Shown: piece by piece, positions 1-8,475 of the stretch
Layout of the letters: the number at the start of each line of letters is the position of its first letter
How positions within the stretch are numbered: the stretch's first letter is position 1
From: Thermomicrobiales bacterium
GTDB lineage: Bacteria; Chloroflexota; Chloroflexia; Thermomicrobiales; CFX8
Assembly (NCBI GenBank): GCA_039810005.1
Contig: JBDHWD010000004.1
Location: forward strand, 785-64,784
DNA length: 64,000 nt
Direction of reading: 5' to 3'
The notes under the pieces: model-generated
What the model saw: the letters and a program-made list of their open reading frames with translations, nothing else
Told to the model about the DNA's origin: nothing
The model's database searches: none
Program-made: the position numbers and the translations under genes

Positions 1-1
1 T

Positions 2-1444
2 GCAACGCCGGGCGGACAAGGTGGCGAGCTTCGGGTAGCGACCGGATTTCTCCCAGCGACACTCGATCCGGGAGGGGATGGCTTCGGCATGGTCCAGTTC
101 GGAATCGCCGAGACGCTGACGCGAATCGGGGCCGATCAGCAGATTGAGCCGTGGTTGGCGGAGTCGGTCGAATCCGAGGACACGCGCCAGTGGCGGATCA
201 GGCTGCGGGACGGCGCGACGTTCTGGAACGGCGAGCCGGTGGATGCCGCCGCGGTTGAGGCGTCGCTGCGGCGTGCGCTGGACACGATCCCCTCGGCCGC
301 GCAGTATCTCGATCCGGACGTGACGATGACGGTCGTGGATGAGCGCACGCTCGATCTCAGCTTCGATGACCCACTCCCGACCCTGCCGAACAACCTGGCG
401 ACGTTCCACCTCGTGATTGCCACGGAGGATGCGAGCGCGCTCGGCGGTCTTTCGATGACCGGGCCGTATCAGGTGGCCCAGCATACGCCAGATGATCGTC
501 TGGTGCTGAATGCCTATGCGGGTCACTGGAGCGGGACACCGCCGTTCGACAGCGTGACGGTGCGGCTGGTTCGCGATGCCAACGCGCGCATGCTGGGGTT
601 GCAGGCGGGCGAGGTCGATCTGGTGACCGAGGTACCGACCGAGCTGACGGTCGGTGTCGGTGGCGGGGTCGAGATCATCTCCAGTGCGTCGACACGCGTG
701 CATCACGTCGTCCTCAATCACGCGCGCGCGCCGTTTGACGACTTTGCGGTGCGTGAGGCGTTCGCGGTTGGCATCGACCGGGACCTGCTGAACGACCTGA
801 CGCTGGCTGGGCTCGGCGCATCGACATCGACGTTCTTCCCGGCCGATCTCGGGCTCCCGACGATACCGCCGATCGAGACGGACGTCGATCGCGCGGCTGA
901 GATTCTGGACGCCGCCGGTTGGGTCGAGGGTGGCGACGGCGTGCGACAGAAGGGCGGCGAAGCGCTGCGCTTCGTGCTGCACACCTACGCGCGGCGGCCG
1001 GAACTGCCGGCCATCGCGGTATCGATCCAGGACCAGCTGCGCGCCATCGGATTCGACGTCGAGATCCACCAGGTCGATGACATCAGCGCACAGATGAGCA
1101 GCGGCGATTTCGAGGCCGCCATGTTCTCAGTGAACCTCGTGCCGATCGGCGATCCGCGCTACGCGTTGAATGTGAGCCTCGTCAGCGACGGGATCTACAA
1201 CTATGGCGGAATCCAGAACGATCGCCTTGATGAGATCGCGACCGAGCTGCTGACTGAGGGCGACGCGCAGACGCGGGAGGGTCTGGTGCTGGAGGCGCAG
1301 CAGATTGTCCGAGACGACGCGTCGAACGTCTATCTCGTGGCCGCGCCGCTGGTCATTGCTTATCAGTCGGACACGATTGCGCCATTTGAGATGCGCAGCA
1401 ACGATCTGTACCTGATCGATACGTCGATTCAGCCGGCGTCGTAA
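2..1444 (+). CDS. ABC transporter substrate-binding protein, family 5 (NikA/metallophore-like), 5'-truncated by window edge
   Basis: Frame open from base 2 (ATPGGQGGELRVATG...TLDP). SBP5 motifs FGIAETL, PWLAES, GPY, YARRPELP; followed by two permeases. Confidence 0.9.
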   Translation, partial: ATPGGQGGELRVATGFLPATLDPGGDGFGMVQFGIAETLTRIGADQQIEPWLAESVESEDTRQWRIRLRDGATFWNGEPVDAAAVEASLRRALDTIPSAAQYLDPDVTMTVVDERTLDLSFDDPLPTLPNNLATFHLVIATEDASALGGLSMTGPYQVAQHTPDDRLVLNAYAGHWSGTPPFDSVTVRLVRDANARMLGLQAGEVDLVTEVPTELTVGVGGGVEIISSASTRVHHVVLNHARAPFDDFAVREAFAVGIDRDLLNDLTLAGLGASTSTFFPADLGLPTIPPIETDVDRAAEILDAAGWVEGGDGVRQKGGEALRFVLHTYARRPELPAIAVSIQDQLRAIGFDVEIHQVDDISAQMSSGDFEAAMFSVNLVPIGDPRYALNVSLVSDGIYNYGGIQNDRLDEIATELLTEGDAQTREGLVLEAQQIVRDDASNVYLVAAPLVIAYQSDTIAPFEMRSNDLYLIDTSIQPAS

Positions 1445-1472
1445 TTCGGCTCAGGCACGGTCGGGAACGATA

Positions 1473-2393
1473 GTGATCCAGCGCATACTCAGCATCTTTC
1501 CGGTTCTGCTCACCGTCGCGACGCTGGCGTTTGCGCTGCAGGCTATCGCGCCGGGTGACCCAGCCCGCTTGCTCGTTGAGGCGAGCGGGCTTTCGCCTGC
1601 GCCGCCGGAGGCTGTCGCGGCGAAGCGGCAGGAGCTCGGGCTGGATGCACCGGTGATTGAGCGCTACCTGCGCTGGATCGGCGATGCGGCGCAGGGCGAC
1701 CTCGGTCGCTCACACCGCACCTACCAGCCCGTCACATCGATGTACCTGGAGCGGATGCCGGCGACACTGGCGCTGGCACTTGTTGCGGCGGCGATCAGCG
1801 CGGTGATTGCGTTGCCGCTCGGCATCCTGACGGCCTGGCAGCGCGGAAGCTGGATCGATCGGCTCGGACAGCTGGTCGCGGTGATCGGCACTGCCGCGCC
1901 CGGCTTCTGGGTCGCGCTGATGCTGATGTATGTCTTTGGCATCCGGCTCGGCTGGCTGCCGGTCTTCGGATCGCTAACACCCTCGGGCATCATCCTGCCG
2001 GCAATCGTCGTTGCGCTGCCGAATATTGCTTTCCTGACACGCCTGACGCGCATGGCGACGCTGGAGGTGCTCAGCGCCGACTTCCTGACCGTCGCGCGGA
2101 TGAAGGGGTTGTCGGAGTGGCGGCTTGCGCTGCGCCACGTCACGCCCAACGTGCTGGCCGAGATTTCGACGATGCTGGGGTTGCAGTTGGCCGGGCTGAT
2201 GACCGGCGCGGCGGTCGTTGAATACGTCTTCGCCTGGCCCGGCATCGGCCGCCTCGCGGTCGAGAGCGCGCTGGTGCGGGACACGCCGGTTGTCGTCGGG
2301 TTCGCGGTGATGGCCGGGCTGATCTTCGTCGTCGTCAACCTCATCACCGACCTGCTGGTCGCGCGGCTCGACCCGCGCGTGCGGAGCCTGTGA
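1473..2393 (+). CDS. ABC transporter permease (DppB/NikB family)
   Basis: PGDPA, LGLDAP, GDLGRS, EAA-like loop TVARMKGLSE, VFAWPGIG, LDPR C-terminus. Confidence 0.93.
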   Translation: MIQRILSIFPVLLTVATLAFALQAIAPGDPARLLVEASGLSPAPPEAVAAKRQELGLDAPVIERYLRWIGDAAQGDLGRSHRTYQPVTSMYLERMPATLALALVAAAISAVIALPLGILTAWQRGSWIDRLGQLVAVIGTAAPGFWVALMLMYVFGIRLGWLPVFGSLTPSGIILPAIVVALPNIAFLTRLTRMATLEVLSADFLTVARMKGLSEWRLALRHVTPNVLAEISTMLGLQLAGLMTGAAVVEYVFAWPGIGRLAVESALVRDTPVVVGFAVMAGLIFVVVNLITDLLVARLDPRVRSL

Positions 2394-3274
2394 CGATGGA
2401 ACAGCCGACGGTTGACATCGCAACGCTTGAGCGGGCACTGCCGACAGACGGGGCGCGGCGGCGGTCGGTGGGTCGGCCGCGCTGGCTGCTGCCCACCATC
2501 GCGCTGGCAACACTCGCCCTCATCACAATCGTCGGGCCGATGGTCTGGAACCACGGACAGTACGAGCACAATCCCGTGGCGCGGCTGCAGGTTCCGTCGC
2601 TCGACCATCCGGCCGGCACGGACGCATTTGGTCGCGACCTGCTGGCGCGGCTACTGCTCGGGGCGCGCTGGACGCTCGCGGGCGCTGCGGCGGTCAGTGT
2701 GGCGGGGAACCTGATCGGCCTGCTGGTCGCTGGCCTTGCGACGCGCCATCGTCTGCTGGATTCAGCGACCGGCCGCCTGATCGATGCGTTGCTGGCGATC
2801 CCGTCGCTGGTGGTAGCGCTGGCGCTGACGTCGGTGCTGGGGCCGTCGTTCCGCAACCTGCTGATCGCGCTGACGATCGCCAGTTGGCCGTGGTATGCGC
2901 GCATCTATCGTGGCGTGCTGATCCGTGAGTACGCGTCCGACTACGTCGAAGGAGCGACGGTTGCCGGGGCGTCGAATGCATCGATCCTGGTGCGGCACGT
3001 ACTGCCGAATGTGCTGGGGCCAACGATCGTGCTCGTGACGACGAACGCCGGCTCGGCGATGCTGAACCTGGCTGCGCTCTCGTTCCTCGGCCTCGGCGCG
3101 CAACCGCCGACGCCGGAGTGGGGGACGATGATCAGCGATGCGCGGGTCTACGTGCAGATCCGCCCGTGGCAGGTGCTCGCGCCGGGCCTCTGCATCATGC
3201 TGACCGTCTCGGTCATCAACCTCGCCGGTGACGCGCTACGCGATGCCTTCGATCCGCGCTTGCGGCATCGGTAG
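2390..3274 (+). CDS. ABC transporter permease (DppC/NikC family)
   Basis: HPAGTDAFGRD, YVEGATVAGA, LSFLGLGAQPPTPEWG, GDALRDAFDPR; GTGA overlap with upstream permease. Confidence 0.93.
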   Translation: MTMEQPTVDIATLERALPTDGARRRSVGRPRWLLPTIALATLALITIVGPMVWNHGQYEHNPVARLQVPSLDHPAGTDAFGRDLLARLLLGARWTLAGAAAVSVAGNLIGLLVAGLATRHRLLDSATGRLIDALLAIPSLVVALALTSVLGPSFRNLLIALTIASWPWYARIYRGVLIREYASDYVEGATVAGASNASILVRHVLPNVLGPTIVLVTTNAGSAMLNLAALSFLGLGAQPPTPEWGTMISDARVYVQIRPWQVLAPGLCIMLTVSVINLAGDALRDAFDPRLRHR

Positions 3275-3527
3275 GGCGGCGACTCGTCGGTAGCCCATAG
3301 TTGTTCGCGGCTCGGAGCCAGAGTTTACGTCGGCCTCCTGCTTCCTCACGCTTCCCAGGCGACAGCTCAGCACGTTCGAACCCTGTTACCGCGTCTTGAC
3401 GCCTGGATAGCAACGAACCACCGGAAGGATGGATGACTCCGATTGGATGCTGCCATTGGCTTTGCCGAGTGTCATGCTGGTGGGGCAGAAGGCATTTCGA
3501 CGCTCGCAGGCCAAAGGAGGGCATGAA

Positions 3528-4409
3528 TTGGACCAGTCCACATGGCGGACGAAAGTTGGCTTGGCGCAAATGCTCAAGGGTGGCGTCATCATGGATGTCG
3601 TCACGCCAGAGCAGGCGAAGATCGCGGAAGAGGCCGGGGCCGTCGCGGTCATGGCGCTGGAGCGCGTACCGGCGGACATCCGGCGCGACGGTGGCGTGGC
3701 GCGAATGAGCGACCCGGCGCTGATCCGCGAGATCAAGGCAACGGTCACGATCCCGGTCATGGCGAAGGCGCGCATCGGACACTTCGTTGAGGCGCAGGTA
3801 ATTGAGGCCTGCGACATTGATTACATCGACGAGTCGGAGGTGCTGACACCGGCCGACGAGGATCATCACATCGACAAATTCGCGTTCCGCATCCCGTTCG
3901 TCTGCGGCGCGCGCGACCTCGGCGAGGCGCTGCGGCGGCTGGGCGAGGGCGCCGCGATGATCCGCACGAAGGGCGAGGCCGGGACCGGCAACGTCGTCGA
4001 GGCCGTGCGGCACATGCGCACGATGCAATCGCAAATTCGCAGGGCAACCGGCATGACGCGCGACGAGTTGCCGGCATTCGCCAAGGAGCTTGGCGCGCCG
4101 CTGGATCTGCTGCGCGAGGTTGCTGATCTGGGCCGGATGCCGGTTGTCAACTTCGCTGCTGGTGGCATTGCGACTCCGGCCGACGCGGCGCTGATGATGC
4201 AGCTCGGCTGCGATGGCGTGTTTGTCGGCTCGGGCATCTTCAAGTCCGGTGATCCGGCGCGCCGTGCGGCGGCCATCGTCGAAGCGGTCACGCACTACAC
4301 CGACCCGATCCGCATCGCGAAGGTCAGCGAGAATCTGGGCGAGGCGATGGTCGGGATCAATGTCAGCACGCTGCCGGCCGACGAGCTGCTGGCGACACGC
4401 GGGTGGTAA
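3528..4409 (+). CDS. pdxS: Pyridoxal 5'-phosphate synthase lyase subunit
   Basis: [57 protein letters not shown] end. TTG start at 3528 chosen because AGGAGG lies at 3515-3520. Confidence 0.97.
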   Translation: MDQSTWRTKVGLAQMLKGGVIMDVVTPEQAKIAEEAGAVAVMALERVPADIRRDGGVARMSDPALIREIKATVTIPVMAKARIGHFVEAQVIEACDIDYIDESEVLTPADEDHHIDKFAFRIPFVCGARDLGEALRRLGEGAAMIRTKGEAGTGNVVEAVRHMRTMQSQIRRATGMTRDELPAFAKELGAPLDLLREVADLGRMPVVNFAAGGIATPADAALMMQLGCDGVFVGSGIFKSGDPARRAAAIVEAVTHYTDPIRIAKVSENLGEAMVGINVSTLPADELLATRGW

Positions 4410-4413
4410 TCCA

Positions 4414-5058
4414 ATGAGCGGACGGTATCACGTACCGGCCCTGCTCTCGCATCCAGATGCAGCGGGCGAGGGCGCAATCGGCGTCCTCGCCCTGCAGGGC
4501 GCGTTCATCGAGCACGTCGCCGCGCTGACGGAGATCGGCGTTGCGGCGCGGGAGGTCAGACTGCCGGAGCATCTGGCCGGGTTGCGCGGGCTGATCATCC
4601 CCGGCGGCGAGAGCACGGTCATCGGCAAGCTGATGGTCAAATACGAGCTGGATCGCGCCATCAGGTCGTTTGTCGCGGGCGGCGGGGCTGTCTGGGGCAC
4701 GTGCGCCGGCATGATCCTGCTGGCAAACGATGTCGGTCGCGACCAGCCGCTGCTGGGGCTGCTGGATATCACCGTCGAGCGCAACGCCTACGGCTCGCAA
4801 TTGGCGTCGTTCGAGGAGGATGTCGCGCTGCCGAGCCTGGGCATCGCCGACCTGCGCGCCGTATTCATTCGAGCACCGGTCGTGGCGCGGGTCGGGCCGG
4901 ATGTGCGCATTGAAGCGCGCGACGGACGCGACAACATCGTTGCCGTGTCTTGCGGCAATATCCTCGCAACAGCATTCCACCCTGAGCTGACCGCCGATCG
5001 GCGACTGCACGCATCGTTCGCGAAGCATGCAGGGCAGGCGGCCGCCGCGGTCAGTTAG
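4414..5058 (+). CDS. pdxT: Pyridoxal 5'-phosphate synthase glutaminase subunit
   Basis: GVLALQGAF, IIPGGEST, GTCAGMILLA, RNAYGSQ, FIRAP, FHPEL; ATG 4 nt after the pdxS stop. Confidence 0.96.
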   Translation: MSGRYHVPALLSHPDAAGEGAIGVLALQGAFIEHVAALTEIGVAAREVRLPEHLAGLRGLIIPGGESTVIGKLMVKYELDRAIRSFVAGGGAVWGTCAGMILLANDVGRDQPLLGLLDITVERNAYGSQLASFEEDVALPSLGIADLRAVFIRAPVVARVGPDVRIEARDGRDNIVAVSCGNILATAFHPELTADRRLHASFAKHAGQAAAAVS

Positions 5059-5576
5059 CTCTGGACGCTTTGGCCGTCGAGCGGGACGAGTTCCAGTACC
5101 GGCAGGTCGCCACCCTGCTCGACAGCCATGCGCAACTCGGCGTCGTAATCGAACAGGCCGGTCAGGCGCAGCAGTGGCCGAACCAGCTTCGGTGGCCCGC
5201 ACGAGCCGGAGCGCTTCTGCATACGCAGCATCAAGGCAGCGCGCTCATCTGGCGATTCGATCAAGCGGGCTTCGGCTTCCATCCGCTTGCGGCCAACCTG
5301 GATCGTGACGCGTGGGTTCGCGCGGATATTGCGGTACCAGTTTGAGCTGGTTCCCCAACCGGAGAAGACAATGTAGCGGTCGCCGTCGGGCATGAAGCTG
5401 ATGCAGACGGGGCGCGGCTCGCCGGATTTTCGTCCGGTCGCGATCAGCAGCAACACACAGCGCCAGCGCAACAGCTCGGCGATTGGCCCACGATAGAGCT
5501 TGACCGGGCTACGAAGGAAGAATCGTTGTAAGCCGGCCGCTTTCTGGCGCGTCATTCGTGGTTCGCTAGTCTCCAC
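5055..5576 (-). CDS. Deazaflavin (F420)-dependent nitroreductase-family oxidoreductase (Ddn-like)
   Basis: LLLIATGRKSGEPR and SNWYRNIRANPRVTIQVG motifs; GGAGG SD before the GTG. Confidence 0.88.
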   Translation of the reverse strand: METSEPRMTRQKAAGLQRFFLRSPVKLYRGPIAELLRWRCVLLLIATGRKSGEPRPVCISFMPDGDRYIVFSGWGTSSNWYRNIRANPRVTIQVGRKRMEAEARLIESPDERAALMLRMQKRSGSCGPPKLVRPLLRLTGLFDYDAELRMAVEQGGDLPVLELVPLDGQSVQS

Positions 5577-5682
5577 GCTTTCCTCCCTGCCGTTGTCACT
5601 GCCCGCACCGGAGCGTCAGCACGTTACGAGTAGAGATCTGTTCGCGTGGAGCATGCCACGAATCAGCAAACTGGTTGGATAC

Positions 5683-5898
5683 TCAGTCTCTCGCGTCAGA
5701 TAGAAATTCGATAGCGTCATCGCGTCTGATCATCACCACCGGCGAGTTGCGAGTGACCACGTCGCTGGTCGCGACGCGCTCGCGTTTCGCCCCGCCGCCC
5801 TCGTCGATGTCATCCGAGCGAACCATGCCGGTCCTGGCATGTTCCCCGACCATCTCCGGGGTTTCCACACTTACCAATGATGCCTGCAGTCGCTTCAT
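5683..5898 (-). CDS. Small hypothetical protein (71 aa)
   Basis: ATG at 5898 preceded by SD-like GGGGTG; fills an otherwise empty gap; no recognisable motif. Confidence 0.45.
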   Translation of the reverse strand: MKRLQASLVSVETPEMVGEHARTGMVRSDDIDEGGGAKRERVATSDVVTRNSPVVMIRRDDAIEFLSDARD

Positions 5899-6321
5899 TG
5901 ATGTCACCCCCTGATTCAACTGGTCACCATCGATTGCGTAGTGTCACGCACTACCACTCTACGCATGCCGGAGACTGGAAAGAATACGTAAAAACCCCGA
6001 ATTGGGCGCGATTCCGACAGAATAGGATCAACAGAGATGTCCGAAAGCGCGAACAGCACGCCCAAGCGGAGGGAACGACCCAATCGAAGTCGAAACAATA
6101 TCGCAACCTCAGGTCGCTTTATCGCATAGAGATCACAGGAAACACCAGGAGATCCTGTTGCAGGCGCTCTTTACCTCAACAGTAGTTGCTCATGCGCCGT
6201 ACGACAGACAACAGCCAAGATCAGATCGGCTTCTCCTGAGTTGGACGAACGAGGGTGGCACGGAATCTGGTATGTACCAGGTTGCCGCACCACTGAGCCG
6301 GTGCGGAGGGTAGGAGGACAC

Positions 6322-6699
6322 GTGATTTGCATCCTGCTCGTCGAAGATGATCCTGCCATTCGGTCCGTCCTCCGTGAGTTCCTGTCCGAGGAAGGATTCG
6401 AGGTTCGAGGCGTCGCAGACGGGCGCGCGGGAATCAACGCCGCGCGAACAATTCAGCCCGACCTGATCGTAATGGATTTGATGCTCCCGGTACTCGACGG
6501 AGTAACTGCGACCAGGCAATTGAAAGCCGACCCGGTGACTCGTGATATCCCAATCATTGCCGTTTCCGCGGCGTGTGAAGAACGACCGCGCACACGAGAG
6601 CTTCCAGCCGACGACTTCGTCTTGAAGCCTTTCGAGCTGGATGCGCTGCTGGCAACGATCTCCGACAATCTCGGGCATTCGTCGCATATGTCTGTTTGA
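6322..6699 (+). CDS. Single-domain response regulator (receiver only)
   Basis: ILLVEDD, PDLIVMDLMLP (phospho-Asp), IIAVSA, LKPF; AGGAGG SD before GTG 6322. Confidence 0.92.
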   Translation: MICILLVEDDPAIRSVLREFLSEEGFEVRGVADGRAGINAARTIQPDLIVMDLMLPVLDGVTATRQLKADPVTRDIPIIAVSAACEERPRTRELPADDFVLKPFELDALLATISDNLGHSSHMSV

Positions 6700-6731
6700 A
6701 CCGAGCAGTGGTGTCTGGCACTGTCGGACGA

Positions 6732-7631
6732 TCATTCATCGTCGAAGCGAAGCGTCGTCGTCAGGCCAGGGATGCCGACAACTGCGTCGGGGTATTCCTG
6801 GCTTGCGATCATAGAAACGGCAGACGGATCCTCAACCGCCGGGCTCAGATGCGTGAGCCACAGAGAGCGCACATCAGCGTCGGCTGCCAGCCGCGCGGCC
6901 TGACGCGCCGTCATGTGTCCGCGCTTGCGGGCACGCTCGGTCAGGGCGTCATCGGCGTACATCGCCTCACAGACCAGCAGGTCGCTATCGGCCACAAACG
7001 GAGTCAGCTCGTCGAAGATCGCGGTGTCGGTGACGAGTGAAACGCTTAAGCCACGCCGCGGCGGCCCGAGCACATCGTCCGGGTCCACGTCGTCAACTGC
7101 CTCTCCCGCCTGCAGACGTGACCACTGCTCGATCGGGATATCAAGCTCTCGCGCGCGCTCGGCATTGAAGCGTCGTGTCCGGGCGACATTGAGACGGTAG
7201 GCAAGGCACGGGACATGGTGCTGCGCGAGGATCGCTGATGCCTGCACGCCGCCAGGTAGATCGAAAGACTCACCACCTTCCAGCTCAGCGACGCCAAGCT
7301 CGTACGGTACACGCCCGACAATGCTGAACAGGTGTTGCACCACCTCGTGTGTGCGAGGCGGGCCGTAGATCGTGACCGGCTCGCGACGACCCGAGTGGGC
7401 GATCTGAAAGAGGATCCCCGGTAATCCAGCGACGTGATCGGCGTGCAGATGGCTCAGCAGGATCGCGCCGGTCGAGCGAAACGGCCAGCCGCTGGCGCGC
7501 CAGTTGACCTGTGTTCCCTCGCCGCAGTCCCAGAGAATCGTCTCGCCATTGACCCGAATGAGGCAGGCCGAGAGTGGACGGCCCGGCAGAGGCATCATGC
7601 CGCCGTTACCGAGAAGACAGATGTCGATCAG
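6732..7631 (-). CDS. rnz: Ribonuclease Z
   Basis: CLLGNGGMMPLP, WDCGEGTQ, SHLHADH metallo-beta-lactamase motif, exosite GPPRRG, CEAMY, GHMT, THLSP. Probable CTG start at 7631. Confidence 0.92.
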   Translation of the reverse strand: MIDICLLGNGGMMPLPGRPLSACLIRVNGETILWDCGEGTQVNWRASGWPFRSTGAILLSHLHADHVAGLPGILFQIAHSGRREPVTIYGPPRTHEVVQHLFSIVGRVPYELGVAELEGGESFDLPGGVQASAILAQHHVPCLAYRLNVARTRRFNAERARELDIPIEQWSRLQAGEAVDDVDPDDVLGPPRRGLSVSLVTDTAIFDELTPFVADSDLLVCEAMYADDALTERARKRGHMTARQAARLAADADVRSLWLTHLSPAVEDPSAVSMIASQEYPDAVVGIPGLTTTLRFDDE

Positions 7632-7691
7632 ACGATCTTCCCTCCTGCCGGGCACGTGTGCGACGACGAGCGTCGCCGCTTGAGTGTTCGG

Positions 7692-8387
7692 CTATTCGTC
7701 GTCCGCGCTGACGACGCCGGCGCGCTCGAATTCGACGCGGCGCTCCTGCGTTTGCCGGATCGCCTCGGGCGGCAGCGCCTGCGCGCCGCCGATGACATTG
7801 GCCATCAGCGAGAACTGGGCCGCTTCCTCCAGGACGAAGACGAGGTGCGTCGCCTTCTCCAGCGTATCGTCGAACGCCAGCAGGCCATGGTTGGCCAGCA
7901 GCACAGCTTTGTTTGTGTCGTTCACAACATCAATGATGTTGCTCACCGAGCGCTCCGAACCGCGCGCGCCATAGGCCGCGACTGGGACTGCCTCGTTGAT
8001 GTCGAAGCGCACCATCGCTTCGTAGGTCGGCTCGATCGGTTTGTTGGCAATGGCGAACGAGGTGACGTATGGCGAGTGGGTGTGGACGATGCCGTTGATA
8101 TCGGGGCGGCGTCGGTAGACCGCCGCGTGCATCTGAATGATCTCGTTTGATGCCGGGCCGATCTGCCCATCGAGAATGTCGCCATCAGTCGACAGCAGCG
8201 CCAGATCGGACGTCTGCAGATCGGCGAGGGCGCCGACGCCAGTCAGCAGGAAGCGATTGGAGTCCGGCAACCTGATGCTGATGTTCCCGTGCTGGGAGTG
8301 CGAGAGGACGGCGTGTCCCTCCACAAGCCGACGCGCGCTCTCAACGACTCGCTCGGCGAATGGCTGGATCTCGGGTGACCACGACAT
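7692..8387 (-). CDS. Class II aldolase/adducin family protein
   Basis: GNISIR, EIIQMH, VHTHSPY, LLANHGLL zinc ligands; ATG at 8387. Confidence 0.9.
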   Translation of the reverse strand: MSWSPEIQPFAERVVESARRLVEGHAVLSHSQHGNISIRLPDSNRFLLTGVGALADLQTSDLALLSTDGDILDGQIGPASNEIIQMHAAVYRRRPDINGIVHTHSPYVTSFAIANKPIEPTYEAMVRFDINEAVPVAAYGARGSERSVSNIIDVVNDTNKAVLLANHGLLAFDDTLEKATHLVFVLEEAAQFSLMANVIGGAQALPPEAIRQTQERRVEFERAGVVSADDE

Positions 8388-8408
8388 GGCAGGGGCTCCC
8401 TTCACGAA

Positions 8409-8443
8409 CGCGTGGCTCACAGGGTTCGATTGTGAGCCACGCG
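8409..8443. terminator. Perfect 13-bp stem-loop downstream of the GH gene (terminator or mRNA-stabilising hairpin)
   Basis: CGCGTGGCTCACA-gggttcgat-TGTGAGCCACGCG; no U tract. Confidence 0.6.
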
Positions 8444-8475
8444 CGTGTCGGGCGCAAGGAGCAATGTCCTGTGGA

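Noticed and set aside
3271-3296. GTAG followed by a weak hairpin at the dppC stop (a similar one lies at about 26910-26937)
   Set aside because: The GTAG comes from the stop codon and the stems are only 4-5 bp; too weak to call REPs.
3429-3480. ATTGG direct repeats upstream of pdxS as a possible PdxR (MocR) operator, and the ORF-track ATG at 3429
   Set aside because: The repeats are only 5 bp and no MocR gene is nearby. The SD-supported TTG at 3528 matches PdxS length better.
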